DNA from: a virus
Taxonomy: Duplodnaviria; Caudoviricetes
IMG/VR virus record: IMGVR_UViG_3300011420_000020
Coordinates: 1 to 39,626 of that record
Direction: 5' to 3' (one strand)
Length of the DNA: 39,626 bases
In this document: positions 36,194-39,626 of the stretch, piece by piece
Layout of the letters: each line of letters begins with the position of its first letter
Numbering within the stretch: the first letter of the stretch is position 1
Program-made: the position numbers and the translations under genes
The notes under the pieces: model-generated
Told to the model about the DNA's origin: nothing
The model's database searches: none
What the model saw: the letters and a program-made list of their open reading frames with translations, nothing else

Positions 36194-36643
36194 TCAGACA
36201 TCACCCTCATTGTGCCCCTCCTCGGCCTGGGCGGCCAGGAAGGCGGTAATCTCATCGTCGCCTTCACGGGCGATGACACGAATGCCGTCCTCGTGAGCAG
36301 GCACCAGGTAGCTAAGGCCGCCGGTGACGGCGACCGCTTCCTGGCCGAAGTCGAAGGCGGCATGCGCCAGTGCGCACGAGAGCAAGCGTCCGGTATTGGA
36401 CGACGCCTGCGCCTCCTCGGCCGTGGTGGGCGCCGGAACGAGCACTACGAAGACACAGTTATCCTCGACTACGTCGTTCCAGAAACCTACGCCGGTGTTG
36501 CCGTCGACTGTGAAGAATGAGTCAGGAATCTCGGCCAGGGCAAGCCTGATGGCCTGCTGATAATCGTGCCAGCGATCGAAGCCGAGGGGTTCGTTGCCGA
36601 CGTTGCGGCCGACGGTCACAACGAGGGACTGGTAGTTGGGCAT
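36194..36643 (-). CDS. Candidate SAM lyase (T3 SAMase-like)
   Basis: GVGFWNDVVEDNCVF and AAFDFGQEAVAV resemble the G-x-aromatic...E and A...Q(D/E)xV motifs of phage SAMases; early-region location. Confidence 0.45.
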   Translation of the reverse strand: MPNYQSLVVTVGRNVGNEPLGFDRWHDYQQAIRLALAEIPDSFFTVDGNTGVGFWNDVVEDNCVFVVLVPAPTTAEEAQASSNTGRLLSCALAHAAFDFGQEAVAVTGGLSYLVPAHEDGIRVIAREGDDEITAFLAAQAEEGHNEGDV

Positions 36644-36714
36644 GGTTACTCCTCTCTGTAGCGGCGGGATGCCGCAGTGCGCCGGTCCCCGGTGAAGGAG
36701 GCCGGTGCGTGCTC

Positions 36715-36984
36715 TTACTTGACCTTGATCACCTTACGGCCGTCGTCGTCCGTTCGCACCGTGATGGTGCCGTAGAAACGGCGATTGCGCTCGGGGTCGG
36801 GACCCACGAAGGCGTAGGCGCCGTCTGGGGCTGTGTCGACGTGGCCGGCGTACGACCTGATGACGAACCCGTAATCCTTAAGGACCACCCGATGGGCGGT
36901 GGCGGGATCGTCGAGGGTGAGCCGAATGGCTTTCTTGCTCGGGGCGAAGTTGCCGCCGATGAGAACGCCGTAGTTGCCGGACAT
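36715..36984 (-). CDS. Hypothetical early protein
   Basis: Start follows the element SD; SKK...VGPDP..RRFYG motif. Confidence 0.75.
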   Translation of the reverse strand: MSGNYGVLIGGNFAPSKKAIRLTLDDPATAHRVVLKDYGFVIRSYAGHVDTAPDGAYAFVGPDPERNRRFYGTITVRTDDDGRKVIKVK

Positions 36985-37054
36985 GGTTGTCTCCTCTCAT
37001 AGCGGCAGAGTGCCGCAGTCCACCCAGCCCGTGTGAAGGGGCTGGACGGGGGTC

Positions 37055-37276
37055 TCATGACTTTGGTTTGGCTTCGATGAGTTGATCAAGGGCGAACATG
37101 ACGCCGACCGGAATGTGGCCGGCGATGTTACGGGTGAACGACCCGTGCAGATCGGCCGTGGCCCAGGTAACAAGCCTGGTGACCACCGAAGGGCCGGAGA
37201 CGAAGAACCCGGACGGGTACTCCACAGCGGTCCACCCCTGACCGAGGTCGTGCAGTATGCCTTGAATGGCGGACAC
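37055..37276 (-). CDS. Hypothetical early protein
   Basis: GTG start follows the element SD. Confidence 0.7.
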   Translation of the reverse strand: MSAIQGILHDLGQGWTAVEYPSGFFVSGPSVVTRLVTWATADLHGSFTRNIAGHIPVGVMFALDQLIEAKPKS

Positions 37277-37346
37277 GGTTTCTCCTCTCGTTAGCGCCGA
37301 AGTGGCGCAGTCGGCTCATACCTTTCGATGGGTACGGGTCGGGTAA

Positions 37347-37553
37347 TTACTTGTTTAGCTGAGCGTTGCCTGGGTGTCCGGCAACGCTCGACACCCAGGC
37401 GTTGCCGGACACCCGAGCGTTGCCGGACACCCAGGCGGTTGGGGCGATGTAGACGTTCCTGCCGACATAAGCGGTCGGGTCGATGTGACCCCGTACCGAT
37501 CCGTCGTAGTTGAGTGCAGGACCGGTAGGGGCTGCGAACGTTGCCGTTGTCAT
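37347..37553 (-). CDS. Hexapeptide-repeat protein, copy B (truncated paralogue)
   Basis: 85 nt identical to copy A (37459-37543 = 36032-36116); 18-bp tandem units, one of them inverted. Confidence 0.7.
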   Translation of the reverse strand: MTTATFAAPTGPALNYDGSVRGHIDPTAYVGRNVYIAPTAWVSGNARVSGNAWVSSVAGHPGNAQLNK

Positions 37554-37635
37554 GTTTGTCTCCTCTCGTTAGCGCCGAACGGCGCAGTGCCTCCTCCCGG
37601 TTGAAGGGGAGGAGGCGACCCCTAGACGGGGCGGT

Positions 37636-37986
37636 TTACTCGTACTGGTACTCACCTTTGGTTTGCTTCAGGAACGACTCCAGCCCGTCGTATGGGCCGA
37701 AGATAGCGTCGGGATCCATGACGAACAGGGCGGCGATGAACCAGCCCCACTCGTCGTAGGTAGCGGCGAAGTACTCGCCGGCTCCCCGGTTGCCCGAGTT
37801 GGTGCGGCGGTGGCCGTCGCCCTCGGCGGCGTCCAGGCGAACCTCGAACGCATGGTCCCGCTTGCGGGAGCCTCTGGAGTCGAGCGTCGTAAAGTCTACG
37901 CTCCATGTCACCTTTCCGGCGCTGCGGGCTCGGGACAAGGCGTCCAGCACGTCCCTCCGGTCGAGCATGTCCGTGTGCAGTCTCAT
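37636..37986 (-). CDS. Hypothetical early protein (MRLHTD...)
   Basis: ATG 37986 after the element SD; GSRKRDHAFEV...AATYDEWGWF. Confidence 0.75.
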   Translation of the reverse strand: MRLHTDMLDRRDVLDALSRARSAGKVTWSVDFTTLDSRGSRKRDHAFEVRLDAAEGDGHRRTNSGNRGAGEYFAATYDEWGWFIAALFVMDPDAIFGPYDGLESFLKQTKGEYQYE

Positions 37987-38055
37987 TTCTTTCTCCTCTC
38001 TGAGCGCCAAACGGCGCAGTGTGCTCGACACCGTCGAAAGTATCGGGCACGGCCT

Positions 38056-38202
38056 TTAGTCGTTGTCTTCCTCGAAACCGTCGAACCAGCCCTCGCCGTG
38101 CGTTGACTCATCGTTGCAGTGCGCAAGCGCCTGCTCCAGGGTGAGTCCCCGCTTCACGACGACGCTGTCTTCGTTGAAACGAAATCGAATGATCTTGTAC
38201 AT
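38056..38202 (-). CDS. 48-aa first early protein (MYKIIRFRF...GLTLEQALAHC...WFDGF)
   Basis: Hand translation; SD GAGGAGGAGA; exactly fills the space between two elements. Confidence 0.7.
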   Translation of the reverse strand: MYKIIRFRFNEDSVVVKRGLTLEQALAHCNDESTHGEGWFDGFEEDND

Positions 38203-38238
38203 GGTTTCTCCTCCTCAGGCGCCGAAAGAACTTCGGCG

Positions 38239-38570
38239 CTCCTCAGGGAGCAGGGACCGATGCCGGAGAGGCACTAGGCCGGGGCTGAACAGGGATGAGG
38301 ACTAACCCGTTCCCTGCCCGTGTCCGCCTGCGAGGGCGTCACGTTGATCGGCCCCTGCTCCCTGAGGAGAGAGGAACGAGTACCCGTCCAGCTAAGCCGG
38401 CACCCCGGGCTTTCGCTCTCCGGGTGCCGTGGCGGGTGACCTTGGCTGCCGCCCCTTGTCCTGGGCCTTGGCCTGTGCTGACTGGTCCGTGGGTCACACC
38501 ACTGGGTCTCGCTGCGCCCCGGTCGCTCTGGCCCTCCTTGGACGGGCCGCCCTGATCGGGGTGGCGGCTT
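38239..38570 (-). ncRNA. Long structured 5' leader or ncRNA of the leftward operon
   Basis: 23-bp inverted repeat 38239-38261/38347-38369 (its single mismatch is G-U on the - strand), CCCGTCCA/TGGACGGG (38383-38390/38539-38546) and other hairpins; no convincing CDS. Confidence 0.5.
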
Positions 38571-38576
38571 GCGTCA

Positions 38577-38606
38577 AGCATGCGCACGACGCCGCTCGAT
38601 TGTCAA
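38577..38606 (-). promoter_or_regulatory. Candidate sigmaA/HrdB-type early promoter
   Basis: - strand TTGACA-N18-CATGCT pointing into the small-gene array, in the divergent intergenic region. Confidence 0.6.
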
Positions 38607-38710
38607 CCCCTCTGACCTGGCTCTTTGTGCGGGGTGGGTGGAGCGCAGCGGTGCGTGGCCGTGCGGCAGACTGAAGCGAACCGCTCACCCACCACGCAGG
38701 AGTAGCTCGT

Positions 38711-39343
38711 ATGCCCATGCAATGCACCGTGTGCGCTCACCTCGACCGTGCCATCATCGACGAAAGCCTAGCTAGCGGCCTGGCATCGCTGGCTGGTCTG
38801 GCTCGTGACCACGGGCTGCAACGAGACGCCCTGCGCCGGCACAAGGAGCGCCATCTACCTCGGCTGTTGGTCGACCTTGCCTCGGAGTCGGAGGCGATGC
38901 GGTCGGGTCAGATCCACCACCAGGCCCAGGACCTCTACCGCCGAGCGCTTGCCCACCTGGCCGTAGTCGAGGCTGGAGTGGACATCGGCACTGATTCACG
39001 GGGTCGACCGGTGCGGATGGTGTCCACCGATGCGATGACGAAAGCCCTGCGTGAGTGCCGTGGCGGGCTCGACATGCTGGCCCGCCTGGCGATGGTGGCG
39101 GACCGTGGCGTGCAGGTCTTGGACACTGGCAAGGTGCGCTCAGCGCTGGACGAAGCCGTGGAGCGTGCGTTGAGCGCAGCGCTGACACGGGCAGAAAGGG
39201 GTCGTGACCAGGACATCGAGGACGCCGTGGTGGTCCACGACTCCCATCGAGCAGCCCTTGAACCTGCAACCGAGGAGTTGCACGTCACGAGTGAGGATGT
39301 GGAGGAGAAGGTACCCCAGCCTGAGAGGCACAGCGATACTTGA
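38711..39343 (+). CDS. HTH protein, probable terminase small subunit
   Basis: CTVCAH..RAIIDESL..G..LARDHGLQRDALRRHKERH; would precede terL on a circular map. Confidence 0.55.
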   Translation: MPMQCTVCAHLDRAIIDESLASGLASLAGLARDHGLQRDALRRHKERHLPRLLVDLASESEAMRSGQIHHQAQDLYRRALAHLAVVEAGVDIGTDSRGRPVRMVSTDAMTKALRECRGGLDMLARLAMVADRGVQVLDTGKVRSALDEAVERALSAALTRAERGRDQDIEDAVVVHDSHRAALEPATEELHVTSEDVEEKVPQPERHSDT

Positions 39344-39497
39344 CCAGTACAACTATCATCCACTACCAGGGCTAACGCAGGTTGTCGAGGCGTTGCGTTG
39401 TCGAGTCGTATGACTGACTCATACATGATGCATCAAGGCAAGGCACACTATGAAATATGCGAAGAAGCACCTTCATTATTTTCTGTGGTGAGGGGTA

Positions 39498-39603
39498 CCC
39501 CCACCCCCCTCCCCCTCCCCCCGCCCCACCCCCCGGGGGGCGGTCCGGCCACCGGCCCCCCACCGGCCCGAGTCAAACCCCCCCCCACTAGCAAAACCCC
39601 CCC
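39498..39603. repeat. C-rich low-complexity tract (G-quadruplex potential on the - strand)
   Basis: Many runs of 4-8 C after GGGGTACCCC, at the end of the window. Confidence 0.7.
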
Positions 39604-39626
39604 AAATGTTGGTGTGTGGTTGTACA

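Larger units (their letters stand above)
33428..38239 (-). repeat. Dispersed family of ~60-bp double-hairpin + SD intergenic elements (10 full copies, 1 partial)
   Basis: Copies at 33428-33488, 34089-34148, 34665-34727, 35693-35752, 36126-36186, 36648-36708, 36990-37049, 37281-37341, 37559-37616 and 37992-38050; partial copy at 38207-38239. - strand consensus: [~11-bp stem, ~8-nt loop]-ACT-[GCGCC-N4-5-GGCGC]-TAAC-GAGAGGAGA-N4-6-ATG. Confidence 0.93.

Noticed and set aside
33428-38050. Elements as known self-cleaving ribozymes (hammerhead, HDV/theta, twister)
   Set aside because: GGCGCTAACGAGAG superficially recalls the HDV 3' end, but I find no conserved P1/P3 pseudoknot or CUGANGA/GAAA core across copies.
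33428-38239. Repeats as a CRISPR or TIGR guide array
   Set aside because: The intervals are whole genes of variable length, the repeats diverge in sequence, and no cas or tas gene is recognisable. The Cas4-like nuclease sits in a normal replication block.
38281-38290. GGGGCTGAAC as a second tmRNA 5' end
   Set aside because: Not followed by the TTCGAC D-loop motif, and no matching T-arm/CCA was found downstream on that strand.

Overview
Most of the genome of a high-GC (about two-thirds GC by eye) tailed dsDNA phage. The WhiB gene points to an Actinomycetota host. The window starts inside a gene and ends in a C-rich low-complexity tract, so the genome is not closed. The + strand carries a podovirus-type morphogenesis block: TerL, portal, scaffold, capsid, tail nozzle/adaptor candidates and three ejection-protein candidates including a 2321-aa multidomain protein. 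No tape measure, sheath, integrase or repressor was recognised. It continues with two atypical tRNAs, a replication/recombination block (SNF2 helicase, PD-(D/E)XK nuclease, WhiB-wHTH, AAA ATPase, SSB-like, Prim-Pol, PolA, Endo VII, nucleotide-metabolism genes) and a lipoprotein-type endolysin. The - strand at 32.9-38.6 kb is a putative early operon of small genes. Main observations: (1) a 78-nt tmRNA tRNA-like domain with G3-U70 and CCA but no tag-coding region, with its own -10 box and terminator; (2) ten ~60-bp double-hairpin+SD elements that divide the early region into gene cassettes, with covarying stems, loops in both orientations and a duplicated cassette; (3) structural genes repeatedly preceded by TANNNT-N6-7-ATG without SD, suggesting a leaderless late programme, next to an initiator-like tRNA; (4) a dispersed over-represented GTTTACAC motif; (5) candidate anti-defence genes (Acb2/Tad1-like, SAM-lyase-like). 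All protein calls come from motif recognition by eye, not database searches.
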